Source: Phoronis australis (Eukaryota; Animalia; Phoronida). Taken from it: a DNA stretch of 64,000 nt. Each line of letters starts with the position of its first letter. The stretch's first letter is position 1. The notes beneath the pieces are model-generated. The model made no database searches. It saw only the letters and a program-made list of their open reading frames with translations, and was not told the origin of the DNA. Both the position numbers and the translations under genes were made by a program. The stretch covers positions 116,948 to 180,947 of the forward strand of contig NMRA01000294.1 of NCBI GenBank assembly GCA_002633005.1, written 5' to 3'. Positions 1 to 13,959 of this stretch are shown here, piece by piece.

Positions 1-3000
1 GGGTTTGTTTATGCAATGTATCTGTTTTTCCCAGGCACTAGTAGGATCTAGAAGGCCAAAGGAAAAATCCGCAGACAAATGCGATACGCTGGGTTCTTAA
101 CATTTTGCCTCACGCATTCACCATTAAACTGCATTGAAATGTTGTCCAATTGGCTTTTATTGGAAACCACAGTGCAGAGCTCAACATCAAAGCTTCAAAT
201 CGAGTTTATGTCAATAAAAACAGGCTGTTGCAATTTTCATTACTTCGTTGGCCTTTTTCTGCATATTTCTCAGTTTTTACAAAAGGGGGCAGCATATGAC
301 GAACTTAGGTTTCAGAATAAAATGGCTGCCGAAGGCAGTGCACATTTGAAATAACTCGGCACAAATTAAAGAAAACTTCCGAATCGATGAATGCGGTATA
401 TCTGTGAGAGTTAAATCGAATACTATTCAGATCATAACTTTGAAGTGGAATAATTCGGTGAGTACAACAGCAAGTCGGTTTTATGCTTAGGCGGACGAAC
501 ATTGGGCTCCCCAGTATATTATGATCCGAAGCTGAGGACGCCTGTGCACGGGATGAAATGCGCACAGAAAGTAATGGGAAGTATTGTAGCTCCCAAAAGG
601 CCAACCAAGGGGCTACCCCTGTATGCCTGGGCTGAAGCATCCAGGGCAATGTATTAATGCCTATCTATACACAAGCTCGAATCAATGTGAACATGGAGTT
701 ATGAACAACGGGGCCGACTTGTAGGACCAATGTTAATGAGTTGGGCCGTTGGCGTTAGCTCCAAGGATGTATCCAGGATTTTCAGTTAGGGGGACCAGGG
801 CAAATTATTAACCAGGCTTTTGGAAGTTTTGCCCGTCAGACATTCGCACCCCCGAACTGCCAACTCGAATCTAGGAGAATTTTATGCCATTAATGACCCC
901 TTTCCCCCCTCCCTCTAAATCCGCCAGTGGGCTCGGCTGGCTTTTCCCAGTTTTTTTGCAATTAAGTCAAAAAACGCTACCAAATCAAATCACAGACCTA
1001 CACGTACCAACCTTACAAATGCCGTTGTATCGTCTGCTCTATAGTCTAACTTGGTTTCTAACCTGGTTCCCGGGCCTCACAAGCTGACGTCACGGATTAC
1101 TTGTGAAGCCCAGGTACAGAGCACTAGAACGATGGATTTCATTGGCTGATAACTGGCAATTTTTAACCAGGAAGTTGACGTGCGCATGCTTATATCCGGT
1201 AATAAATTATGAGGTCGCTAGGTGTCGCAAGAGTAAAAAGTTATTTTTGGGTTGCGTTTGCAGTCGAACTCTCTGGTGAAGTAGCTGTTTATATGGTTAT
1301 ATTATCAACGAACTGAGCTGTAATTCATGTAATTATCGATTCCTTATGATGTAAATAAACCTGAATTGACAATTGCTTCACCCTTTTCACTTGGCATTTG
1401 TCAGTTTCATTATTTGAAAGCTTTTTATGAATTGTTTAGGTCTCTCACAGCAGGGGCGGATCCAGGATTTTGAGTTGGGGGAGGGGGGGGGCAGGGGCAC
1501 AGTATTTTGCTCATCTGACATTCGCACCCCCAAACTTCCAAATGGAATCTGGGAGAACTTTAGGCTGAGCCATGGCCCCCTTGCCCCTAAATCTTTCACT
1601 GTACATTGTTACAGTAGACACATCTGGAGCCCAATTTCCACCACTTCGTGCATTCGTGACCTACAGTGTTCACTCCCTAGAACACCACAATTTTGCACCC
1701 TCCAGGTAGCAACAATTGTCGAGCTACACCCCTCCCCTCGTTGCCATATTTTCATCCCTTCCCTCTTTGAGGTGGGCTCCTGCACAACTTGAGGGCCGGG
1801 TCCTAAGCAATTCAAATCACCTTGGTGAATTTAACGTGCGTTGACTTTCAAACTTAGTGGAGAATAATTGGCCATAATGACCAAAGTTCGAGCATGCACT
1901 GAAAACAATTGCTTCCAAGGGCATCCAAAACACCTTGGGTGTTTTCATAACCTCAAATTTCACCTAATGATAGGTGAACGCACTGAGTAAGTGTGCAGAG
2001 TTCAGTTAGCGGCATATTATTCTTAAGACTGAAAATCACGTGACTTCCCATATTTTGGATAACGTTAATCTCTGAGAGGATAGTTGAGGCTACGAAAATA
2101 ACCGAAGTGTTTCGAAGAAAAATTTGTAAATTGGAAAATAGCCAAGGTGCTCTAGATGTTCCGAGGATAAATTTGTAGCTACGAAAATACCCGAGAGATA
2201 TCCCAAATGGGCCCTAAGCTTTAGTTTTATAAGATAATCTGGTACTAGAAGAATCTCCAACCACTTTGACAGTGTCTAAAAAACATTAGGTATGTGATCT
2301 GAGGTTTGGAGTTCAATGAAAATGTAGCCTAATGTCACGTTACAAATGCACGATCTTTTTATAAGGGTTAATGCTAACAACTGAATTCTTTCATAGTAAT
2401 TCTTGGGCAGCTGTCTTTTTCACTCATTAAGCTTGAAGAAGCCAGCTCAGAGATTCCTATTGTCAAAAATGAGTCTGGTGCCAAAGTTTAAAAAATACAG
2501 GTATCGTAATAAAACCCCTTCAGCAGTAGGAAAAGGTACCATTTGCAGTGTTTTTAACTTCCAGAGTGAAACCCGTTGTATTCATGGGAAAAAGTTTTCT
2601 TTGGTAGGGATTTTTTCAAGCACCATTTTGAAGAGAAATTGTTTGAAAGAAATCACCCAGCTGAGTGTCATGTCCTGTATAAACCTGTGGGAGTACCCCC
2701 TTGGAATGGTTTAAGGAGAGTACCCTGAAAGCCCAAGGATCATGGTGGAATGAACACTATCCCTATAACAAACAATGTGGGTTGAACATCTTGGAGCACA
2801 ATTGTTGATTTCAGAATGCGCTTATCAGCTGGTGTCTGCTGGCTTCAATATTTCCTTCGAATTAAACTCCTTTAAAGGTGCTATGAATGCATTGTATGTG
2901 ACAAAGAATAAATTTTGATCTGAACAACTTACCACTAGATACAGGAATTAGAAAGACTAAAAGAGGAAAATTTTCCAGATGATGTATCGTTTCACAAATA

Positions 3001-5883
3001 GGCTTTTGTGATAGAAATATTCTTTGTGTTGTAAAATTTAATTAATAAAAATAAAAGTCTTTGCATGAATGAAGTCAAAGTAATGATAAAAAAGAGGCTT
3101 GAAATCAAAGAAGAGGAAATAAAAACAAAAAAATATGAAATCCTCTTAAAAGAGAAAATTCCAAGCCATGTTTCTATCCCTGTCTCAACTTGTTCCTTAG
3201 TGGACTTGGAAGAACTCAAACTTTGTTATTGCTCGAAGCCATGGTTATTGCACCAGGTCTTAAGCAATAACAAACTATCGTTCAACAGAAGCCAATATGC
3301 CACATGTAATCTCAGTAAGGAACAGTACGAGATCAGGAGTCTAACCACGAGCACACACGCGAAGACTGACACCAGACACTAGTATCCAAATCCAACTGCT
3401 GGATTTGCCAATCTCCATGCGACCAATTTTTGATTAGATTTGTGCTACTATTTAGGCCAAAAACAACATTGTTGGTAGTGAGACCAATCTTATATTGTTA
3501 CATGACAGTTCTAAAAAAAGGTTGGGTTAATAGCAGCTTAAAAATGGTACACTTTGTGGACAAGTAACTTAAAATGGGTTAATTTTAGTACAGAATGCTT
3601 TCTTATTCTCCACATTGTATTTAAATGCTTTTTGGGCTAAACAGGCTCTAGCTCAGTCTTGATGGATTGATTTGAAACCCTGAAAAGGGATTATTAGATC
3701 ATGTTTTGGGAATACACCTCTAGAGTGATGCTTTCAATCCAAATTAAAATCAAAATTGTTTTGTCACTTCCAGTCCACTTCCTTGCAAGTTCAAGATAGT
3801 ACTTAAGGACCACTAGATTCGAGCTAAAATTTGAGTAAAAACTCAAGATTTCTAGCAAAACCTCAAGCTCAGACTCAAACTCTTAGCTCCAATGCTGGGA
3901 TCATTAATTGTCATAAATAATAAAAATAATCTCTCGTAAAAAGTTGAAACTCAGGGCCCAGGTGTTACTTTCATAATGGTCTATGCTTTCACAAGGCAGT
4001 GAAAGTGCAACTTGAATGGTAGTCGGGTCTTTAATAACCTATTTCCCCAGCACCATTGGTGTAGTCAGAATTATTCAACAGAAATTGTTGGCGACCAATG
4101 ATTGTGATTGTGATGAGAGGCAACCTGGAGGCACTGCATGAACAGGGGACAGGGGAGCTAGGCAAGCACAAAACCGGAATGAGTTTCTATCAGAGGAAGG
4201 GTCTGCAATGAAGATGGGGTAGCCCTGTAGTGCCCAGACTTAGTACTTCAGTCTATCCCTAACCTAAACCATATTTCTGATCAATACATCAGCAAAATAA
4301 AGTTCCCAATGGTTAGACAAATTTCATGGCACGTTGTGTGATTTGTAGCCCATGAGTATAATGTTTCTAGGAACACATTAATGACATCACGGTTTTTAAT
4401 TTTATGTCAACGTGAGGGTGTTTGCCAGTGCAAATGTTCTGAAGCAATTCACACTGCCCAACTCTTGCCACGAGGAGGCCCCCTCAATAAGAGTCAAATT
4501 TGTAATTTTGAAAACCTGTTCGAAAAGACTGAAATGTTGACTAAAATCACTGCTGTATTATGCAGATCCTAACCACAAGAAATTACACACTAGCATGTTG
4601 TTCAAAACACTGAGCAAACACAATGGTAATAGTCACATACAGGGGACCCCCACTTTGAGAACCATGCAGTGTTTTCAACTGCATAACAGGAGCCTCTGTT
4701 TCACTGAATAGCAGACATTAAAACTTGTTCTCAAAATGCGGATTGCCAGTGAGTGACTATTGCCTGGATAACAATACAACCCATCTAACGCGCAAGAAAC
4801 CATCAATTTGCGTTAAGTGACCCAACTCAAAATCTTTGAAGTACCCTGAGCTCCCAATTTTGAAATGTGAGATGTTTTTGCAACTAGTCATTTCAACGAA
4901 CCAGGTTTTTAAATCCACTTGCTTACAATGTCTAACTCCAGGATGCTTTGATTACAGCAAACCTTAGTAGTTTCGGAATGTTTTAGAATGGTTCTGAGAC
5001 ATTGTTTTGCAATTAGACTGAAATTAATAGATGATTGTTGCAAACTGCAACACTTGATGTCATGTGAATGTGGAAAGCAAAAAAATGAAACAGTCGACGA
5101 GTCGGGGTCCAGGAGAGAGAGGACACTTGCATACATTGCATATGACCAAATGTGCCCCTCTGACCAGTGACTCAGGCATTACAAAAGTCAGCATGAAAGG
5201 GCGAATTTCCAAATAAATTCCACACAAAAATATTTATTTTTTGGTTTGAACTGTATAAAATGATCCATTTTTCCACCAAAACCACTAAAGGTTTCATATA
5301 CAACTGAGGCTTGTTGTGTTAAAAAGAATACAGCCCAGAGAGATTCTTGCTGAATTTCAATTCCCTGTAAATAATAACTTCGCATAATTATTTTTTCAGG
5401 AAAGTTGACTCTTTCATTGAGGCTCTCACCAAAATGGGTCAGTTTTAATGACTGTGCAAACTCACAAAAGGGTGAGGTTTTATCTTGCTGATTATAGAAA
5501 AGAGTACGGTATAATCATAATTTCACAGCAACAAACAACCTCCGAAATAATTGAATACTCCGTATGACTGTACAATGGCAGTCAAAGGCACTGCTGAATG
5601 GCACTGCCAAAAGCGATAAAATCAGTCATTATAACACTATTGCTAGACTGATTAATGTTTGCGTGTTTAGGACCATTGACTGTATTTTTATGCTAACTTC
5701 TGTTAGAAGTGACAAGTGTGCCAGTGACAGTGTATTATATCCTTATCTGACCCACCAGTTCAACCTTCTCGGCATTCACGGGAACTTATATAATGCACAT
5801 GAACATGTTAACATACAAGAGGATGTGCTGTGAAAAGATCGAGACAATCTCCCATGGCCGCAACGCACTCAGCTAGTCCTTAC

Positions 5884-6799
5884 CTAGGCAATGACCATTG
5901 CCTCTGTTGGCCCGCAGCAGAGGCGATGTAGAGGCTATAGGCGCTCTGTACGCCGGAAGCTTTTCGGCGAATTATGCCTCGCACCGACTAAACCATCAAA
6001 GTCACGTTGCTATAAATACCTTTTGTGCATAGAGGAACACCTTAGGAGGTTGTCGATGTGTTTAAGTCCTTCCAACTCCAACAAATACTCCCGTTATGAA
6101 ACTTTTTCTTCGATCAGTCCCTATTTCAGTTCCCAAAATCGTGAAATCAAAATTTTCATTTTTTTTAACCAGGCCTACCGGCGAACTTTGAAAGCAGAAG
6201 TTCCCGCCCTTTGCATACGTGCTGCCGGGAACCAGCCGTGCATTTGCCGTGTTGTTAAACATTAAAATGTCAAATATGTGCACAAAGACTATTAAATGTC
6301 ATATCAACAGCATTTATTTTTATCAAATACAAACAATAATTCATTGAAATACAAACAGTTTCAAGTAACGCCAATTAAAGACAAGTATAATTGGTGGCAT
6401 TTTGGAAACGAACATTTGACTGACAAGACCGCAATGGCTCACCTTTGGCCTATTTAAAAATTATTGAGGTTATGAAGTCACATCACCTAGCGAGCGCGGT
6501 AAAAATTTGGAGCGTGCGCAGTACAAAAATTTTGATTTCACGATTTTGGGAACTGAAATAGGGACTGATCGAAGAAAAAGTTTCATAACGGGAGTATTTG
6601 TTGGAGTTGGAAGGACTTAAACACATCGACAACCGCCTAAGGTGTTCCTCTATGCGCAAAAGGTATTTATAACAACGTGACTTTGATGGTTTAGTCGGTG
6701 CGAGGCATAAATTCGCCGAATAGCTTCTGGCGTACAGAGCGCCTATAGCCTCTACATCGCCTCTGCTTCGGGCCAACAGAGGCGATGGTCATTGCCTAG
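5884..6799. mobile_element. Foldback MITE with ~270-bp inverted arms
   Basis: 5884-6157 is the reverse complement of 6525-6799, which explains the mirrored ORFs 5891+ and 6483-. gtcctta occurs on both flanks. A diverged relative is at about 55290-56140. Confidence 0.85.
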
Positions 6800-6846
6800 T
6801 CCTTAACCCGCTATTTGGTGCTATAGTACGCGACTGTTGTTGTGGG

Positions 6847-6938
6847 CACAGGCGTCCTCAGCTTCTGATCGTCCCCAATACACTACATATCATTATATGA
6901 AGTGTATTGGGGACGATCAGAAGCTGAGGACGCCTGTG
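6847..6938. mobile_element. 92-bp hairpin micro-MITE with perfect 38-bp TIRs and 8-bp TSD gttgtggg
   Basis: cacaggcgtcctcagcttctgatcgtccccaatacact and its exact reverse complement; TSD at 6839-6846 and 6939-6946. A half copy is at about 523-546. Confidence 0.9.
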
Positions 6939-7498
6939 GTTGTGGGTGGCCTAATCCTAATGCCTGGAGTAATGGTAATGGGAATGGCAAGTAATGCCTT
7001 TCTTCCACAAATTATTTCGTAAAAAATCACATTACTTCAGAATCCAGCACAGTATACAGGAAAATTATCATAAAATGTTTCGTATACGTTACTGGTGATG
7101 TATTCCTTGACTCGTTAGCTTTGAAATAAAGGAGTTCGATCAAAACAGAAAGATTTAAACATGCTGTAAATCCACCGACATTCTTTCACTGGAAGTCGCC
7201 ATGTTGGTGAACTAGTTTGACCTATTATACAACTGACCAATAGAATGCCTTGTTTCTTGAAACTGGAACAGCCAATGATATTCCAAGAATGCGGATGGAA
7301 AAGTGCCCTGTAGCAGACCCCAACCAATCTCGTGGGTCTGTGGAGGAGACTAACCTGGTTTCCGGCATTTTCATGAAAGACGTCGCTCTAGTCGGTTGGC
7401 AGTCCCTATCTATCTATAGTCTATGGTTTAATAGATACTTATGTGACGGAAGCGCCGTCTATTGATGGACTCGTGAGTAAAGACGAGTCGTCAGTTAA

Positions 7499-8159
7499 GG
7501 AGGCACAGAACAGTTCTCACTGGGTTTTGCCTAGCAAAACACACATCACTTGATTTGTAACCTTTTCTTCACTCTGTCAAAAACAGGATGCAAAGAATGT
7601 CATGTTTTCAATTATTTCACATAAAAAGCCCAGCAGATCAGCACAGAAACTTTATTCTTTCTTGTATTTTTGACCATTTCATTCCCACTGAAAACCAAGC
7701 TAGACTAAGAAAAATAAGGGCAAAAAAATGCAAAATCGGCACTTTTCACCCGAAAAACACCACTTCCCTGCCGATGCACGACTAAAACCAACATTAGAGT
7801 CTGAAAGCAAATTTCCTACCGATTCCGAAAATGTGGTCCAAAGGTACTGTCAACCAACTAGTTTTTTGGCAATTCTTGCTTGTTTGAGGGCTACCTAAAA
7901 TCACAGCCAATTTCTCGGTCGCTACCCAACAATGCACAATTACAGCCGGGGGCCGCCATCTTGAAGAAGAGTGCAGCTACAGCCAAGAAAGTGGCCCTTT
8001 TTTATTCACAGCATGTTCACAAATACAAACAAACCACATTCACTGAGCCTACGTGCAATGCCCACCTACAAAATGCCCCCAAACTTGGCCTACCCCAAAA
8101 CTTCTATATTTTGGGAGTGCAAATTAGCCGCAGCTGCAGCCTAACTATTCAGTGCCACC
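7499..8159. mobile_element. Non-autonomous element with TTAA flanks (Kolobok-like)
   Basis: TTAA|GGAGGCACAGAACAGTT ... AACTATTCAGTGCCACC|TTAA; 14 of 17 TIR positions match. Confidence 0.6.
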
Positions 8160-9568
8160 TTAAATAAAATCACATTTTCCATATTTTTTTCAGAATAGTT
8201 CCTCTCCACCTGCTGACCTATTTTGCAAAGTAAAAACTTGAAGCGATGACCGGTTATGATTTTTCAAGCCAATTGCATGTGCCCACCCAAAAACTGGGAT
8301 TTTTGAATTAGGGCCATTTAACAGGCAAAGACACCAAATGTACTTTCTTGCTCTGTTTTGCACTAAACTGACTTTTGATTGAGGGAATTGGGGCAAATTG
8401 ATAAATTAGCATATGAAAATAACAATAAAAGTTTAATTCAAGTTAATTTCCTGACCCCACAAGTGGAACATGTTCTCACCAAGGCCCATTGTGTATAGGG
8501 GACATATTTATTAGAACAGACAGCCGTTGACTACCCGGGTATAGTTGACTCAGTTATGCTCGTCACCTCGTCGTAAAACTTAGGCTACATCACCATATAA
8601 AGCTAACGGACCGGCGGGGGCGCATGCAAAATCTGATATAGTCACCCGACACTTCCATTGTTCGTTGCAGCCGTTTAAGTGGAAAACAATCAAATAAACG
8701 TCCTTTGGTAGTATAATTTGCCGCCTTTTTAACAAAGAAGCCGTTTCAAGAACAGCACGCTCGTGACACGGCGCACGCGCCATTTCATAAAAATTTGAGA
8801 CGTCTTTCGGGACATCATAACAGCTTCGCAGCACCAAGGTTGTTCTCAAATTCGGTTTGCTGGTGTAAAAATACTAAAAACTTGAAACAAAATGAAACAA
8901 GCTCCGATAATTTGTTATAACATGTACGCAACCTAGGTACCGTCAGCGACGAACACATGATAAAAGAATCAGGGGGAAAAGAAGCTGGTAAAGGTCAGGT
9001 GACGTAATCGCAAAAAGCCGACTCAAGAAAACATATCACAATTTTACTAGCACCAGCCGATGAACGATCGCTAACATTTCCAACACCGGTAAATACAGAA
9101 GTTAGTTTACTCTAGGAACCTGTTTCCTAGGTTTACTCAGGGATGACTTAGTTTTAATGACATTTATTTGAGTCAGATTTTATTTGTACATTTTTTACCC
9201 ATATCGGCTTAAACCTGTAGGCCTATATCTAGTATACACTGAGCTTTGGGCCAAGGCNAGGTTTACTCAAGGATGACTTAGTTTTAATGACATTTATTTG
9301 AGTCAGATTTTATTTGTACATTTTTGCACATATCGGCTTTACAGCACTGTGGCAAACAATAAAAAATAAGGACGATTGATACAATGATAAATTACGATGT
9401 AAACTCTTCAAATATGACATAAGCAATGAATGTGCAAAGCAGCCGATACCCCACCGTTCACGTCACTGACACATCAGCCAATCAGCGATCGCTTTCAGAA
9501 TTCAGCCGTGTTTTGACCATGAATACGAATTGGCTTTTGTTTGGCACGCAAGTCAGGCAAATTTGAGT

Positions 9569-9574
9569 TTTATT
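9569..9574 (-). terminator. Candidate polyadenylation signal AATAAA of the chitin-binding gene
   Basis: tttatt on the plus strand, about 240 nt past the inferred stop. Confidence 0.35.
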
Positions 9575-9811
9575 TGTATGTTAAAACCGATTAACTACAA
9601 CATTATTTTGACTACAGTCCCCTTTTAAGTGTTTAGACAACGGACATTGAAGCAGCACCCATCGAGATTTTGACGTCATTTTCCGAAACTGAATAGGATT
9701 GTTGTGGAAGATAACTATACACTTTTGGTGGCAGTTTTGTGCGCAGCAACTTCGTCGAATTTCGACTTCGTACAGTTTACTGTGAAAACAACTGAATGGC
9801 ATGGTTGATCA

Positions 9812-9858
9812 TCACCACCGTTGTGTCCATCCAGTAGTCACAATTTCGTTATCCCGAC
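9812..9858 (-). CDS. Chitin-binding protein, probable terminal coding exon (GRDNEIVTTGWTQRW-stop)
   Basis: Acceptor aatttcag|, phase 1 matching exon 4, stop TGA at 9814-9812, AATAAA about 240 nt downstream. Confidence 0.55.
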
Positions 9859-12117
9859 CTGAAATTAACTATGTTGTTGATTGTTACTTGTTCAACTAGG
9901 TAATGCAAGTTCAAGCCACCTGAAGTTATAAATTAGACACTCAGCTTGGAAAGAACAGTGTCAGACTCTCATATAAACTTGGACGTTGTCAGCATTTTCG
10001 GACGTTTTGTCAGATATCAGTGGGACTTAACTTTGCCTAGCCACCAATTACATTTTAATTGACTTGTAAGGCAAATTGTCGGAACTTCGGCAAAGTATTC
10101 TGAGCATCATCAGTCCAGAATGTTCGACAAAAAGCCAGAATTGAAACGTATTCTAGTTAAAAAATAAATATTTAGTTAAAGTCCTTCTCTCACGCGTTGT
10201 TAACCCTTATTACATGGTTAGAAGATGTTATAAGGATCCAAGAAGTACCTACCCCATAACTAATACACGATCCGTACTCGAAAACAGTTTAAATGAACGC
10301 GCCACTCACGATTCGCACCCGAAGAAACACCGCCATTTTGAACTTGCCGCGAACCCGGAAGTACAATTCATTCAGGAACCCAGGCCGAGAAAACGCCGTC
10401 AGTGCGACTGGAGCAGTGCCTGTACTGTTACCAGCCAGCAAACGGGGATAAAAAAATCGACAGCGCGCCTTAATTTTAATAAAATCAAACTACGGACAAT
10501 TTTATCGAATTTGCTGAAGAAATGTGGCGAATAAATTTTGACAGAAATTATTTTGCCAGACTCGGGACCGCAGCCTATCGGACCCGGTGCGGATCGAGAC
10601 CAAACACTGGCGAACGGTAAATGCATGCGGTTGCAAGCTGTTTTGTCGAAGTAAAATGGTCAAATCATAAATGCTGCATATATTCAAGGGTAGTTTCAGA
10701 CACTTGCATGAAATTACGGGCTGGTTAGTCCTGTGTCACACTGCCGCGGCAGACCTTAGTTAGCCTCAGTCACCAGCTACCAGTGAAGACTATAGTCAAA
10801 ATACAGCTTGTTAGTAGGCCTATACAGCTTTGCGCCAAGACTACCCTTAGGCCTAACTGGTCGCTGGCCACAAACACAAAAAACACGAAAATTGAACAAA
10901 GTTTCTTTTTTGTAGCAACGTTTGTCAAAATGTATCAACGTTAAATCTTCACAAATTACAAAGTAGCCGATTGAACATGCCTTTCAGTTCAGCAAAAGTC
11001 GACATTGTAGGTGCCGCCAGAAATGAGACGAAGTCCAACGGGAATTGTGAGCACATTTATCACTTAATGAGTAACAACTGCGAGGCTGAAATTTGGTGAA
11101 CACTGCTAAATCGTGCAGAATAGTAAGTAAAGATATGTCTAACTAAATTTCACCGTAATTTGTTGGCGAAAACAATTTACACAAAGTTTTAAACTCGTAA
11201 CTCATCCCGCTGTCCTCCAATATGGCCGACGCGATCCAAACAAAGTGACCCAAATTTCGCCACAAAACTTGCAATAACTTTACAGTGCTTGCCCCGATTT
11301 TGATACTTTTTCGATTTTTACTGAGTAGAATGTACTACCTTTCCGATGATAGCAAAGTACTTTTTCAAAACGAGGAAAAAAATAAAACCGAAAAAAAATT
11401 GGTTCGACCCATATTGGTTCCTAGGTTCGACCCGCCTACGTAAGGAACTAAACACCAATGCTATTTTAACATACTAAGTACGCGTAACATTCCAAAAAAA
11501 TCAACGACCACTAATTACAAACTATAAATACACTACATATGCAAACGAATCACGATCTATTACTAATAAAACAAAATAATGAAGACTTTTCGAGCAAGCC
11601 ATAGCACATTCATTTACAAGGAAAAAATGGCGGATCGAGTTCAGGACAAGTTCCTGAACTGATGAGCCGGAAATGTGGGTACGGAAATAACCGATGACAA
11701 CAGGTAATCATACGCTCAGAGACAAAGTCAGAGAGAAGGGTCAAATACTGTTAAAAATCGCTTTTGGCAAGAAAGGCGAAAAGAATATAAAGAAAGGGTG
11801 TCGAAAATAAGAATTTATGTAGTAAGTTCATGTTGTATTTTCGGATACTGGAACCACATGGGCAGTTTGCAAAAAGGACTTTAAGGTTTTGTGTGTCGAA
11901 ACTTCGTCGAATTTTGACGTTGCCCAGGTTATTTTTACATGTAAGTACTTGTATACTGTACACTTGTACATGTAGTTAATATGATAATGATCATGAATTG
12001 TTGGGAGACCCGAAAGGTCAGTGCTAGGAGCAGTTTTGCGGAATAAAGTGTTACAGGTTTTTAACGTTTAGAGATTCTGAATTGGTTGTGATGAAATTGT
12101 TGTAAAATTGTACTTAC

Positions 12118-12345
12118 CGTCGTATACTTGGCCAGGAGTTGTCGGCACTGTAGTGTGTGGATGCTCTGTGGCGTAGCACACTTCTGTACAAGCGCTGTTG
12201 GTAATACAGGTGACAGAAGTCCCAAATTGAGCATTCTCTTTGTCGAAATAGTTAGCTGACCTCTCACAACATTCGACTGTGTAGCCTCCGTAATCGCCAC
12301 ATTCAATGTACTTATTACACGTATTTCCGTACTGTTCTCGTATTC
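12118..12345 (-). CDS. Chitin-binding protein, coding exon 4: second ChtBD2-like module plus Thr/Pro linker (IREQYGNTCNKYIECGDYGGYTVECCERSANYFDKENAQFGTSVTCITNSACTEVCYATEHPHTTVPTTPGQVYD)
   Basis: Acceptor gattctag|, donor G|gtaagt, 228 nt, phase 1-1, open. CNKYIEC...C...YFD...C pattern. The supplied ORF track reports a different frame here. Confidence 0.8.
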
Positions 12346-13758
12346 CTAGAATCAGTAAAAATGGTTTCTTCTAGTTTAATTTCATGTCGGAGATAACTGC
12401 CAGCTTTAAGGTTTCAATATAATTAGAACCAAAATCAAACGACTCGAATTCCGGGTATGAATCAGGCGTACCTCCTTAGACGCGAGGAGTTCGCGAGCTC
12501 ATAAATATTGCCATGTGGTGGTCACATATTCGCGAGATTTTTTTTGTCTGTGGCGGCCAACTCAGCCCCTATTAGACCTGATCATAACGAAACTCAGGCT
12601 TGATAAGACGATTCACTGAAACGTTGGCTTTGCCCTCGTTCAAATCGACTTGCATATAACAGTTATCATCACATATATGTTGACTAACATATCTAGATAT
12701 ACAACGAACTCTTTAACATAGTCATTTACTTGAACCGTCTGCTGATGTGTTAGCGACGACAACGCAGATTTTTGCAGAGCACCGGGCACGGAAAAACTCT
12801 GTGCTCACGCCGGCATGGCAATTATTTTTATCCAGGCATACCTTTTGCGTACAGGCTCGAGAATGAACGTCGGTCAGCCATGGTCCTAAAGTACTTGAAT
12901 ACTTCTTGAAAGTGAACAAACATTTGTTTTCAAGACTAGCCAATTTTTCAGAAATTTTCTAAAGACTTTGGAACTATTCAATCGCTTGCCGACGATGCTC
13001 AGACTTGCAATACTTTCTTGCTTCAAAATGCAAAATGTATTTTTCGGTGTAGGAGGTTTTTTATATTAACAACAGAGTAACACGGCCAACCGAAGCCGCT
13101 GAATTGTTTATGAACAAATATTTCGCATATGTTTAACTAGTTTTCATTCATGGTTGCTCCAATCTTGTGAGGGTAGATGGGGATTACAGGGAATTTCGTT
13201 TTATTGAACTGGGTGAAAAGATTGTTGATAATACCTGTCAATAGACCGAAACCGGAAATACCATTCCAATAAAAACTATTGCTGCAAAGACAATAACGTT
13301 TTTTTTTAGTAACGGCGAAGGAGGCTAAAGGAAAAACACAACCCCCCCGTCGGAAGAATTTACGTGTGTGATGTACATGTACAGTAGTTATCAAAATAAA
13401 CTGGACAGATTTCGACACCAATCTGCCTGACTCCATCAAACTTTGGTGAACTTGTTGAATTTCTGTTGCAGTAAGACTTTCGCGGGACGTCATTGTAATT
13501 AGCCGCTAGTTTCTTATTTTTATAAATAGCCTCGAGTTAGAGGTGGCAATTTCGAAGAAAAATGTTTGAAGCGGTACTTGTCGAGATTTTGCCGGGATTT
13601 AGCCAAGATTGAAAAGAATTCCAGACGAATTGAACTGATGTCGTGTGGTGCGGTTTAATGCGTCGATACTTAGGCGAAATTTGACATAGTCCACTACTTT
13701 TGAAAACTACTGTAGCATTTCGCTTCCACGTTCATCAACCTTATCAACGAATACTTAC

Positions 13759-13959
13759 TATATTTTGCGCTGGTACCATATGCCAGCTTGGCGTCGTGTA
13801 GTGAACCGCAAGTCTGCTGCTCTTGTAGCCAGTATGTACACGGGCTACACCTTTGTCTGTAAGCATTTCCTGCCGCGCATTGATAGAAGTAGGAAACGTC
13901 AAACGGGTCTTCATAGTACATTCGACCTTGACGCACGGTCAAACAATGATTACACCAAC
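13759..13959 (-). CDS. Chitin-binding protein, coding exon 3: ChtBD2-like module (WCNHCLTVRQGRMYYEDPFDVSYFYQCAAGNAYRQRCSPCTYWLQEQQTCGSL...)
   Basis: Acceptor ttttctcgcag|, donor A|gtaagt, 201 nt, phase 1-1. The DP.D..YFYQC..G.AY.Q.C...T.W.Q....C pattern is that of CBM14/peritrophin-A domains. Confidence 0.85.

Noticed and set aside
5891-6776. Two similar ORFs (124 aa plus, 97 aa minus) suggesting a gene pair
   Set aside because: They are the two arms of one foldback MITE; no domain similarity recognised.
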